NCBI GenBank assembly: GCA_028534125.1
Contig: CM052816.1
Coordinates: 40,612,001 to 40,676,000, forward strand
Length of the DNA: 64,000 nt
Origin: Lama glama
Taxonomy: Eukaryota
Reading direction: 5' to 3'
Part shown: piece after piece, positions 25,810-37,732 of the stretch
Position numbering within the stretch: the first letter of the stretch is position 1
Layout of the letters: every line of letters begins with the position of its first letter
Program-made: the position numbers and the translations under genes
Notes under the pieces: generated by a model
Database searches by the model: none
The model's input: only the letters and a program-made list of their open reading frames with translations
What the model was told of the DNA's origin: nothing

Positions 25810-25945
25810 AAACCCCAGCTCTGATACTTGTAAAGTGTGTGATCATGAACCAATTGTTTAACCTCTTAAAGCATAAAAAATATTTAATATGTCAGAAATG
25901 GAAATCACCGTAAATATATTAAAAAGCTATTTTGAGGATTAGATC
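25810..25945 (+). mobile_element. MIR fragment
   Basis: aaccccagctctgatactt..tgtgtgatcatgaac..tttaacctct...tgaggattaga. Confidence 0.5.
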
Positions 25946-28854
25946 AGCTCTCATTCTTATGTATATCACAGACTGAGTTCCTTGCTGCTAGATTTCAAAC
26001 TGGTCCAAATGCTTAAGGGTAGTTGTTGCGTGGAATTCTACTGAGATTCAGTGAAGGGTAACTTAGTCCATGGCTTCACACTGGGACAGTTGTGTTATAC
26101 ACAGTCGATGTCTTCTTAGCATATGTAGGACCTCTTCTATTCAGAGTTTAAATACGTTTCGACTTCTGCTCTGCTTACATACAAGCTCCATAGCTTTTTC
26201 CACAGATATGTTTCTCCACCATATCTCTGAAAGGTAATTCAGAATACAAGTTAAAAATAACAAAATAGAATTGAAAACTAAGTCATATGAAAATAAAGGA
26301 AGAGGTAAAATAGGGAAAGCTGGAAATTGTGCTGCATCAACTGTGGTATTTGGCACACTTCAAAGTATTCTGTCTTAAGAGGTGCACAAAATAGATTTAC
26401 ACAAATGTCACAACAGGATGAATCTTCATGATAGACTGTTAAACAAAAAAACACTATTACAATAGGCATTCTGCCCTTTTCATAAAGTTAATAACATATG
26501 TGTACTTAAGGAATGTATTTTGAAATACACGGTAAGCTGACTGTAGAACTGCTGACAAGGGTTTTTTTTTGTGTAGAGGAAGGCAGTGGGATGTGACGGT
26601 GTGGGAGCCCCAAACAGCAGGTGGCCAGGTGTTAGATACGGATTATTTTCAGATTGTGGCTTTGGTTTTATGTTAGTAACTTTCATTATCAAATTAATTA
26701 ATTAATTAAATGGAAGTGTGCTATTGATAGACAGATAAGTGACAAGAACCAAAGGTTGTGATTAACAGGATAGCCAAAAGAGATAAATCATATTTTTTAT
26801 TTCACTTTGTATTTCAGTGATTACTATTGAGTTTGACATCTTTTCAAATATTATGTGGTCCTTTTTGTTCTCTTGTCATTTGTCTCTCCATTTTTTTTTT
26901 AATTTTTAATAACAGGTTCTTTTTTGTGAAGGGGCATTTCCTAATGATACTCAAGTACAGTGTTTATTTGGGGGTCATTCTGACAAACTTTGTGATAAGT
27001 GAGATGGACACTGTTATGTTTAAATCATTGACATGGACATGCTTGCTTCTCTACTAAGGACACATCTATCATATACCTTTAGAGGTGACACAGTTTTAAA
27101 GATACTGCAAGTTAAATATTTTTCTTTGTTACATCAAAAAATATTTAGATGCTTACTCCAATTTATCTTTTAACTCTGACTTGTGAATATAGGTTAAACA
27201 TTTTTGCTTCATTTAAAAAAATTATTCCTGCATCCTCAGAAGTTTTCAAAAATGCCAGAACATTTTAAATATCTATCTAACTAGCCGTTTAAAATACCAG
27301 TGGGATTTAAAGTCATTTATCTGCATTAGCAAATACCAGAAAGGAATGTTACATTTAGACTAGCTAAAAACTATTTGTATTATGGTGTTTTTAATTTGTA
27401 ACATAAGCAGTAATATGTGTTCCCATAGATAGAAATCTACAGAGAAAATAAGATAGGACATTTCATGAAATTAGAATATTTATCAAAAACAAATTGCATT
27501 TTCTTATGTGTTCACTGAGCTTAAATGTTAATGAAATTCTCCCTTTCAAATTATATCCACAAGGCAAATTAGATAAGACCATGTTATCGTGGATAAAAAA
27601 TGATTGAATTTGTGGTTTTACACTTAATAATCTGGAACAGAGATGTAGGTCAATGGGGAAAAAAGGGTATTTAAGATGTTACTGTTGCTTAGATAAAGTG
27701 ATAGTTCATTCAAAGAAATAATCAGCCTTGTGCACTCTTGGAAAAGAAGTGATTTCTTTTCATCCCAAATGCCAACTGAGCTGTGAAGGGTGACATTTTG
27801 AATAAAGGAAAGTAAGAATAAAAGTGGATTTTAAAAAAAAAGCTTATCAAATTGCACCCTTTGATTGCATAGTCCAAGCTCTCAGGGGCCTGACTTTTCT
27901 TATTATATTTTCAAGTATTCTGGTTTAGTTTCATTCAAATTGTCTGAACAATTTTTAGTTGAATTAAACGTATTTTTGCAGAAGCATTCTTCTTATAAAA
28001 CCTCAATAAAATGGAAACATGGAAACCTTTCTGACTACCAGCCACCATCTGTTCTGTTCCAAAAATCACTCTGTAAATTTCTGACAGCAGTAATGGCAAA
28101 ATTCTAGTCTAGATGAATTTATGTTTCCCTGAGAGAAAGAGAAGTTTAAACAATGATGTTGGATATTTTGCTATTTTATAATATGTTCACTTTTTTTTGA
28201 TTCATATAAAATGAAGATGAACAGAATTGACCAAAACTTGAATTGTCAAAGAAAGAAATGGTACAGATGACAATAGAGAATTAGAGAATTATCAAAATTG
28301 AAAGTATAGTGTATCCTACATTTGACTCCTGGGACTTAGACCAGTTTCATTCTTAGCTAGACAGCCCATTGGTTTTATTACAATTAAAATAAAATTTACC
28401 TTGAGTCATAATTTATTGTAATTTATTTTGAGGTCATGTAAATATTAAAATTTTATTTGTTCTTTTAAAATGTATGCATGGAAACATAGTTATCACTGTT
28501 GGAATCTAGGGTAACTGAAATAGGACACTGTCCTAGGAATAATAAATTGTAATAACGATAGAAAGACATACAGAATAACAAGAAAATATAGATAGACGCA
28601 CAGATTATTTTCAGACTAAAATATTAAAATAAAAAGATTTATATTGACAGTCACTTTTGGCTTTCCAAGTGGTATTCTAATATCTGCTTTGATTCTCTTA
28701 AGCAGATAGAATCTCAAAAGTTCATCTGATCCATTCAGCCATATGACAGTGTTTTCACCCATTTTATTGGCAACATAATTGTTAACTCATTGTGAGTATT
28801 CATTCTTACAACTTAAGTAGAATCATATAATTTATAATTAAAATTTAGCTATGT

Positions 28855-29245
28855 TTTATTCAGGGTCTAACCAAGAAAACAGAAACGACTACAAGTATTT
28901 AAATTGAAGGAATTTAGTATAACGCATTGACTGCCCAGGAAATAGGACTACTGAGAAGCCAAACAAGGGACTGTGAGTTGCACCAGAAAATAATAGTAGG
29001 AAGCTACTGCAGTAGCAAAGGGAGACAAAAATGTTACTGAAGCTCAGGTAGAGAATCACCTGGTGGAAACGGACATGTAGCAGCCTGTCTGGCTTGAGGA
29101 AGAGCCATAACTGAGATGCACTGGAAGCAGAGAGAAAGGGGAGACGCTCTAGCTTCTCACTTCTGCCTGACAGTTTCCAGCCACTGCTCCCCACTGTGGG
29201 AAAGCATGAAGCCAGCTGAGCTGGGAGTCTAGGAAACCGCATGTC
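28855..29245 (-). mobile_element. Ancient MaLR/ERVL-type LTR remnant
   Basis: tcagggtctaaccaagaaaacagaaac..aaggaatttagtata resembles the antisense end of old MaLR LTRs. Subfamily unresolved. Confidence 0.45.
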
Positions 29246-30359
29246 TCTGCCATTTGCTGGGGTCTCAGGCTCATGCCTCTCCCTTATGCCTTCTAAACAG
29301 GCTTGAGCCTAGTATCTTAAGAAATGCTTCCATTTTATAAAATACTTCTCTTAAACACACACACTATTATGTCTTGGTATGTCAGATGACACCAAATAAT
29401 TCTGACAAGCAGTTCAGTTCGCATTGTTTAGGTATCCCTCAGTCAAGTGTTAATTTTCTGCAAGGGCTGATTAACTAACTGTAAGGGGCTAGTTAGCAGC
29501 TGAAGGCATGGCTTTACCTCAGAATGCTAGGGATCTCTGAAACAGTTTCAGAATTTACAAATGTGTTTATTTACCCCAGCCATTTTAAGCACCATTAGAT
29601 CTACTGGTTCCTAAGATCTGACTGTCCTGATATTTTGTAGAATAGCCTGAAATTACTAAAAACCTTCCCCTATTCTGGGCCCCTTTCATACCTAGCATCA
29701 TGATGGGTTCCCTGGTAAATGCGTCAGAGCAAAATGTGCACATGTTGAAAATACTGCCTCTGAAATCCAAACAGATCCAACATTCAATGCAAAAAACCTA
29801 TCTTTTTTTTTTCTTTTTTTAAAGAGGGGACATTCTGACAATACCCAGAACATAGGTTTTCTAGAAAATTCACTGATGCAGACAGGCACCTGAATTTTCA
29901 CAGGATTTATCTGAAATATGTTTTACTCTCATTCTTGCTTCTTATTCACCAAATTTAATCAGATTCTATATCATTGATACTATTAGATTCACTTCAAGGA
30001 TGAAGATTGAGGAACAAATGACTGACTAATTCTCTATTGAAATTCCTTACTGTAGAATTGGATTATCTTAACTTTCTTTGTCTAATCTGTGTCTAGGAAT
30101 AATTGTAAAAAGTCCTTGAGGAGAACATAGAAGTTGAAAGATTGTAACACTTTTAATAGCAACAGTTTCTTAAACCAGGTCCTTGAACTATAAGATACTT
30201 TATCCTAAGGAAGGAATATGTGACATCCCAAATAGGAGAAAGGATTGGCTTAAAATGAGAGATATTTTAGGCAATGAGTAGGAGGTCAAAAGACCGTGCA
30301 CATGAGACTGTACATCCCCAAACAGGTTTTGTAGAGTTAGAGTGTTGTAGAGGTTAGGC

Positions 30360-30594
30360 TTTGTCTCTCACCTCTAGACCGAGATTTGAAGGGCACATGT
30401 GATTAGGTCAGTGTACTTAGATAATGTCACTTTTGATGATTAACCTAAAGTCAATGAATCAGTACCCTGAACCATTTCTATCAAATTCCTCTTGCCATAT
30501 AATGAGTTATAAACTTAACCCATACTTAAGGGGAGGAGAGTCTATGTACAAGAGTACAGGTCATTGGGGTCATTTTAGTATTCTGGCTGCCACA
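30360..30594 (-). mobile_element. MaLR LTR (MLT1E-like) fragment
   Basis: aagggcacatgtgattaggtcag..gataat..aaagtcaa..ggggtcattttagtattctggctgccaca. Confidence 0.65.
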
Positions 30595-30691
30595 GCTTCA
30601 CTTCCTTTTTGCCATTCCTCCTTAAGGTAAAATTGCAGGTGTTTCCTATTCATATCTGTTTGAAAAGAATTTCCACATAATAAGTTGTGTT

Positions 30692-31265
30692 CTCCATGTT
30701 GCTGCAAATGGCATTATTTTATTCTTTTTATCACTGAGTAGTATTCCATTGTTTAAATATACCACAACTTCTTTATCCAGTCATCTGTTGTTGGACATTT
30801 AGGTTGCTTCCATGTCTTGGCTGTTGTAAATAGTGCTGCATTTGCAGCAACATGGGAGGGCCTGGAGATTGTCATTCTAAGTGAAATAAGCCAGAAAGGG
30901 AAAGAAAAATACCATTTGTTATCACTCACATGTAGAATCTAGAAAAAAAGAAAAGAACACTGATGAACTCATCTGCAAAACAGAAACAGACTCATAGACA
31001 TAGTAAACAATTTTATGGTTACCAGAGGAAAGGGGGGTGGGAAGGGATACATTTGGGAGTTTGATATTTGCTAAAGTTAACCAATATATATAAAAACATT
31101 AAAATATTTCTTTTGTATAGCACAGGGAACTACATTCAATATTTTATAATAGCTTTTAATGAAAAAGAATATGAAAATGAATATATGTATGTATATGCAT
31201 GACTGGGACATTTTGCTGTACGCCAGAAATTGACACATTGTAACTGACTGTACTTCAGTTAAAAA
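30692..31265 (+). mobile_element. Short lineage-specific L1 with 5' inversion (inverted about 30692-30839, sense about 30839-31265)
   Basis: An antisense ORF2-end block is followed by a sense 3'UTR ending tgtaactgactgtacttcagttaaaaa. Confidence 0.92.
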
Positions 31266-33974
31266 GTGTTATTACCTTATTGTACTTTTGACCATTCGGC
31301 CTTGGTTGAATGTAGAGGCTCTGTGCTATGTGGAGGTAGAGGATGTTCATCTGGACATCAGAGTTACACAAGTTCTGTGACATTTCAAGGTCAGCGCTGA
31401 GGGAATTATGGATGACACACATTCAAAGGCCACACATTCACAAGGAGATTAGGAAGGAATGTCCCAAAATAAGATTTGTTTCTTTTCAAACTGATTTTTC
31501 CAGCCTCTCCTGATTGGCAACTTCTGATATTATTTGGGAAGAAGATAGAAAAGAGGTTTTAAGAGGTATATAGAAGTAAAGTTCTTTTGGAAAGAGATAT
31601 CAGCCAGGGACAACAATATATACTTTTAAACATTGCTGGTGGTGGGACGTTTTTCAATCTTTTTTGTGCCACTTGGCTGCCTAAAATATGTAAAACCTGT
31701 GTTGCCACAAACCAGATGAATAGTTGTTTTTCTTTAAGATTACTCAGGATGTCAGAAATTCACTCAACATAAAAAGGGGAATCCGGAGCCTTTAAAAATA
31801 TTTTCATAAACTTCCAGGTAATAATTTCCTTATACTAAAGTAACTTTAGTGTCTTTAAGCTAATGAGAATATCTTTGAGACTTGCAGGCCTTGGAAAAAG
31901 ACCTAAAAGTGCCTGGTGCTTTGGTTTATTTAAGTATGGAGTTAGAATCTAACAGAAGAGGTATAGGAAACAAAAGAGGTAGTGGTATTTAGAAAATAAG
32001 AGGACCTGGGAGAGTGTGGCTGAAGGAAACAATACATTTTGAGAAAAATTTGTATTTGTCTAATGTAGGCCCTCAGTTAATTGGTTGGCCATCTCATACA
32101 TGAAGAACTTATGCTCTAGTCTCAACTGTCATAAAATGGAGATGAGCCAATAGTATGGGTGTGTTTAAAAGAAAATCTCTCCCTCCATAGTCATCTGACC
32201 AACTCCTGTCACGTTTTTTGAAAGTTGTAAGAGGTTGCAGTGTCACCTTTTAAGTTGGGTAAAATAATCATGACAGTTAATGGGTTTATACTATTGCAGT
32301 TCAATTCATATTCCTATCTTGAAAGTAATAACGTGATCAGACCATTCTGTGCATTTCCCACACATTTAAATATAGAAAAACTCATAAATCATATTGTCTG
32401 ACAAATTACACATTAATTTTTTCCCACTTAAATACTTAGCATTTTTTCAAAGCACACATGAGTCATTTAAAATAAAACCTCGCTCTTTATTCACTAAGGC
32501 TGTCAAATCTGCTCGCAGACTGGGCTTTGACCATGTCCTTCTGGCTGACAAAACCAAAAGTGGTGCAAGATTTTTCAATAAAGCAAAGACCGAGAGAATC
32601 AGATGTTTATTCATAAAACAACTAAGCAAAACAAGCTGCAGAAGCAAAAATACACTGCAGAGCCAATTGACGGGCCAGTGGAGCTGAGACAAAGCAGCCA
32701 GGTATGGCAGAGCTGCCGCTGAGGTTGTCCTATTTTAAGCAAAGCCCAGAGCTTGTGAATAGAGTCCATGATTTCTTCCTATTTTAATTCAGTAGAAACA
32801 GAACAAAGCAGATTCCAATTCCATCAGCAAATTAGATAGAGCTGAACCGAACGGATTTTACAGGCAAAATGTGACACAGCAAGCAAATGCAATCTCAGAG
32901 AGAGGGTGACAGAAAGCAAGAAGGCCAAATCATTTAAAATTTTATTTTCTTTTAATTTCCCATTTGATTAAAATAGATTTCAAAGTATCCAAGGGAAACA
33001 AATTAGACTTTCTAAGATCGATTGGAGATTTGGCAGAAGCATGCAAGGCAGAAGTTCAAACTGCAAAGCCAGCCAGGAACAACTTAGGTTTTATAAAATC
33101 ATTTAGATTGTCTAACTTCTAGTTCCTAATATTACATAGATGACTAAACTACGTGTTGCAAATATTTTCATTTTCCAAATTTTATTTTACTTTACATTTT
33201 TAAGAAAATTTTCTTCCCAAATCAGTATTTGTGTTCATATGTGTTCGTGTGTGTGGGGTTTTTGATTATTTGCTTGTAACTTTTTGAGGGTTTCTCTATC
33301 TCGGCATACATTAGCATATCTATTTCTTTTAAAGATTGGTATCAATTTAATGCAATTAAACCTTACTTTTTTCTTTTATATTATTTACATGTAAAAAAGG
33401 TTGAACATACTCTTAAAACTGAGAGTTCTGACATGGCTTGCTTGGGAGGTGTACACAGACCCAGATCGTGGGCATCACCTGACTCAGGCAAGCACTAGGG
33501 AGTCTTCAGCCTGTGTGTGTGGCCCAGGGGCCCTGAGCGCTGCCCCTGGTCAGTGGCCCACACATTGGTTTCTTTCTCGCTCATTGTTGCCTTCTTGCCA
33601 AAAGTTTGAGGGTTTGCCATAGTCTCATGTTTCAGAAGAACATCTTTGTGTTAAAAAACAGACATAGGCATAAAACCAGGAAAGCATATATTAGCTTCAT
33701 TGTATTTCATTATTGGCTTCCTGGGAAATAATAAGATGAATGCCTGGATAACTGTTAGCACAACATGTAAGTATTTATTTCTTAAGTAAGTGTCTTGGTG
33801 AATTCAGTAGCAAAGCTATTGGATTTGGAATTAATTTTAAACATTTGATTCATTTGCTCCTAACTTTCCTGCACATTATGTGTCCTTGAGGGGATAACAG
33901 GTAAACATATAATGTGCTTCCCTCGCTGCAAAGGGAAGTAAGGCTGATTTATAGAGAGTGAGTCAGAAAACACA

Positions 33975-34240
33975 GTATTTTACAGAAAGGGGTCAGAGAA
34001 AACCTTACTAAGAACATGGCATTTGGGCAGACAGCTGATGAAACACGAAGCCTGGAGAAAACCTTGTAAATGTCTGGGAGGAAAGATTCCAAGAAGAGGC
34101 AAAAGCAGGTTCAAGGCCCTGACATATAACATGCTTGGAAAAATCAGAGAACAAGAACACTTGGTAGGTTGTTAGTGCTGAAGATGACTACACGAGAAAG
34201 AGGACAGAACAAGATTTGGTTAAAGGATGACAGTGCCTGA
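33975..34240 (-). mobile_element. L2 fragment
   Basis: ggtcagagaaaacctt..catttgggcagac..tctgggaggaaagattccaagaagagg..caaggccctga..catgcttgg. Confidence 0.6.
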
Positions 34241-34759
34241 TAAATCTCTCTACGTTAAAGGATACTTCCTAGCACCATTATCTCAGTTTTTAAAAAACTC
34301 CCGATATGAGGAAAACAATGGGAAAAAGAAGTGCTGGAAAAGCTATGGTTGAATGTTGGGGTATACTTTCTTAAACAAATTATGCATAATCCTCCTGAAT
34401 TCGGTGTACATAACTGGAAAATATTTGGAAGTTTAGATGAGATTTTCCATCTCTGTTTCCTGATTAAAAAAAATTACCAATCCAACAACATCCCTTTAAT
34501 TCTTCTTGTAACCCTATCTTATTTGTGAGGTAACTGACTTAGATCAAGATCCTCTGGTCATTTTTTAGGAAATTGTCTTTCAGGTGATTCAGAATAGATG
34601 ATACATTTCTATAACTTCTGTAGATCACATATGTTTTTGTAAGATTTTATGTGCTAATAATAAAATTTGCTATCCAGTTATAGCATTATTAAAGCACAGA
34701 AATATTTGAAAACTTCTTTAAGTCTGTATTTCTTATTTTTACTTTTAATTATTTACTTA

Positions 34760-36082
34760 ATTATTTTAAGTTTTTGAAATAATTTCAATATTTAGAGACT
34801 AGTTACAGGAACAATACAAAGAACTCACACTTACTCTTTCCCTAAATATTAACATTTTACTGCATCTTCTTTATCTTTTTCTCCCTGTGTGTATATGTGT
34901 GTAATATGACTCATTTCAGAGTAAGTGGCAGACATGATCCCTCTTTACCCTTAAATATTTCAGGGCACTTTTCCTAAAAAAGGACCTTTCATGAATAACT
35001 ACAGTTATCAATTGTACACAGCATTTATTTGATTAGGGAGCAGGGTAGTTATTTTGAAGAATGTCTGTCAACTAAGGTTCCTCTGATGTTTCCTCATTAT
35101 TTGACTCACGTGATATGTTTTTTCACAAGGGTGTATCACAAAAGCGATGCTGTGTTTCTCTCAGCAAATAATATCAAGAGACACACAATTTTGAATGGTC
35201 CTGTTAGGGTACTGTTAGTTTTGACCTCGTAAGGTTACATGAGCAGTTTTCCCAACTGGAGCTTGTTCATTTCCCTTTGTATTAGAGGGGAGATATCTTT
35301 AGAGTATATAGATACACTATTTCTCATCAAACTTCTACCCAGTCATACCAGCACCTGTTGATGATACAGGCCCCATGGATTTTGAGATTTTTCAGTCTGA
35401 CTGGTGGAACAGACACTGTCCAAGGCCCTCTGTGAGCACTGAGTATTGTTACCCCTCATACTTTTGGAAGGTTTTTTTCCTCCAGACTCTAGTTGTTTGC
35501 TTACAGACACATGCTGATCAGCCCTTAAATATTCAGGTTGGTCTCTCTGTAGACTTCTGGGGTTCATTTTCTGTCCCCTCTGACACTCTGTCCCAAGAAC
35601 CGGGGGCCCTGTACTTCCCCCAAATTCCCAGTTCAGTTCAGTGTATCTGCTGGGCTCCAGCTGGGCTCCCTTCCTGCCACTGTACCTGGGAACTCCATAC
35701 ACTGAATCAAAACTGCAGTGTTCACCTCGTTTCCTCATTTCCCAGGGATCACTTTTGTTGCTTGGTATATAATATCTTGCTTGCTTTTGTATCATGTATT
35801 TTTTCCACTTTTTGATTATTTCAGAAGGGGGAGTATATCCAGTCCCTGTACTGCATTATTAGTTAATAAGCCATCTGGCATCATTTGCCTCCAGGAGCCC
35901 AGTGCTTGGAACTCGCCTCTCCCTGCAATCTCCTGTCTCTCTCCAGACTTCAGGTTTGGTGGTTACCCTGTGACCTCAGATTTCTGATAATTCCAAAGGG
36001 AAACCACAAATTTGAAATTTTCCCAGTGGGAAAGACACTCTTTTCAACTTTCCACATCTCCTAACTGAAACCAGAAGCCTCT
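34760..36082 (-). mobile_element. Old L1 (L1MC4/5-like) 3'UTR (about 34760-35345) abutting an old L1 5' region (about 35345-36082)
   Basis: ttttgaaataatttca..gcagacatgat..tttacccttaaatatttcag is 3'UTR. ccctgtgacctcag..tctgat..aactgaaaccagaag resembles a 5' terminus. Confidence 0.65.
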
Positions 36083-36195
36083 AGTAGTTTTTTTTTTCTT
36101 TAAATAGAAACATTAAAAAAACTTTTAAGAAAACATAATGGAGACTTAAAGAAGATGAGTAGGTCCTATTTTCTTGGAGATTAAGAGGGTGTCTA

Positions 36196-37417
36196 TTCAA
36201 GTTACAGGTTTCTCCAAATATGCTCAGGGGTGGGATTGCTGGATCATATGGTAACTCTAATGTTAATTAATGAACCTCCATACTCTTCTCCACAGGGGCA
36301 GCACCAATTTACATTCCCACCAGCAGTGTAGGAGGGTTCCCCTTTCTCCACACCCTCTCCAGCATTTATTATTTGTAGACTTTATAATGATGGCCATTCT
36401 GATTGGTATGAGGTAATACCTCATTGTTGTTTTGATTTGCATTTCTTTAATAACCGACAATGCTGAGCATCTTTTCATATGCCCGTTAACTATCTGGATG
36501 TCTTTGGAGACATGTCTGTTTAGGTCTTCTGCCCTCTTTTGATTGAGTTTGGTTTTTTGATATAAAGCTGTATGCGCTGTTAGTATATTTTGGAAATGAA
36601 TCCCTTGTCAGTTGCAACGTTTGGAAATACTTTCTTCCATTCTGTAGGTTGTCTTTTTGTTTTGTTTATAGCTTCCTTTGCTGTGCAAAAGCTTTCAAGT
36701 TTAATTAAGTCCCATTTGTTTGCTTTTGCTTTTATTTCCATTACTTTAGGAGACAGATCCAAAAAATATTGTGATTTATGCCAGAGTGTTCTGCCTATGT
36801 TTTCCTCAAGGAATTTTAGAATATTCAGTCTTACATTCAGGTCTTTAATCCATTTTGAGTTTATTTTGTATATAGTGTTAGAGAATATTCTAATTTTATT
36901 CTTTTACATGTAGCTGTCCAGTTTTCCCAGCACCACTTATTGAACAGTGTCTTTCCTCCATTGTGCATTCTTACCTCCTTTGTCATAGATTAACTGACCA
37001 TAGTGCATGGGTTTTGAAAAGATGCACACATACCAATGTTCATAGCTGCATTATTTACAGTAGCCAAGACATGGAAGCAATTTAAATGTCCTTTAACAGA
37101 TGACTGGATAAAGATATGTGTACATATATATACACACCAACACACAGTGGCATATTACTCATCCATAAAAAAGAATGTAATAATGCCATTTGCAGCAACA
37201 TGGATGGACCTAGAGATTATCCTGTTAAGTGAAGTAAGTCATACAGAGAAAGACAGTTACTGTATGATGTCACTTGTATGTGGAATCCAGAAAAAAGATA
37301 CAAATGAACTTATTTGTAAACCAGAAATAAACTCACAAACATAGAGAGGGGAAAAAAAAAAACTGTGGTTACCAAAGGGGAAAGGGAGAGGGAGAAATAA
37401 ATGAGGAGTTTGGGATT

Positions 37418-37473
<56 letters not shown>

Positions 37474-37732
37474 ATATATATGTTAAGGTGTTAGAGAATG
37501 TTTTATATATATATATATATATGTATATATATACACATACAGACACATATATATACAGGGACCTAATGTATAGAACAGGAACTGTATTCAGTATCTTGTA
37601 ATAATCTATAATGGAAAAGAGTCTAAAAAAAGAATATATATATGTATAAGACTGAATTATTTTGGTGTATACTTTAAACTAGCACAACATTGTAAATCAA
37701 CTATATACTTCAGTAAAAAAATAAAAATAAAA
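36196..37732 (+). mobile_element. L1 with 5' inversion (inverted 36196-37014, sense 37014-37732) and 13-bp TSD
   Basis: ORF2 peptides occur on the minus strand ([20 protein letters not shown]) and then the plus strand (MFIAALFTVAKTWKQ). TSD AAGAGGGTGTCTA (36183-36195) / AAGAGGATATCTA (37733-37745). Confidence 0.95.
37421..37556. repeat. (TA)n microsatellites within the L1 3'UTR
   Basis: About 25 perfect AT units at 37421-37470 and a second interrupted tract at about 37505-37556. Confidence 0.95.

Noticed and set aside
35343..35815. Overlapping 150-aa and 146-aa ORFs as a gene
   Set aside because: They lie inside a GC-richer old L1 5' region, where stops are rarer, and show no known domain.
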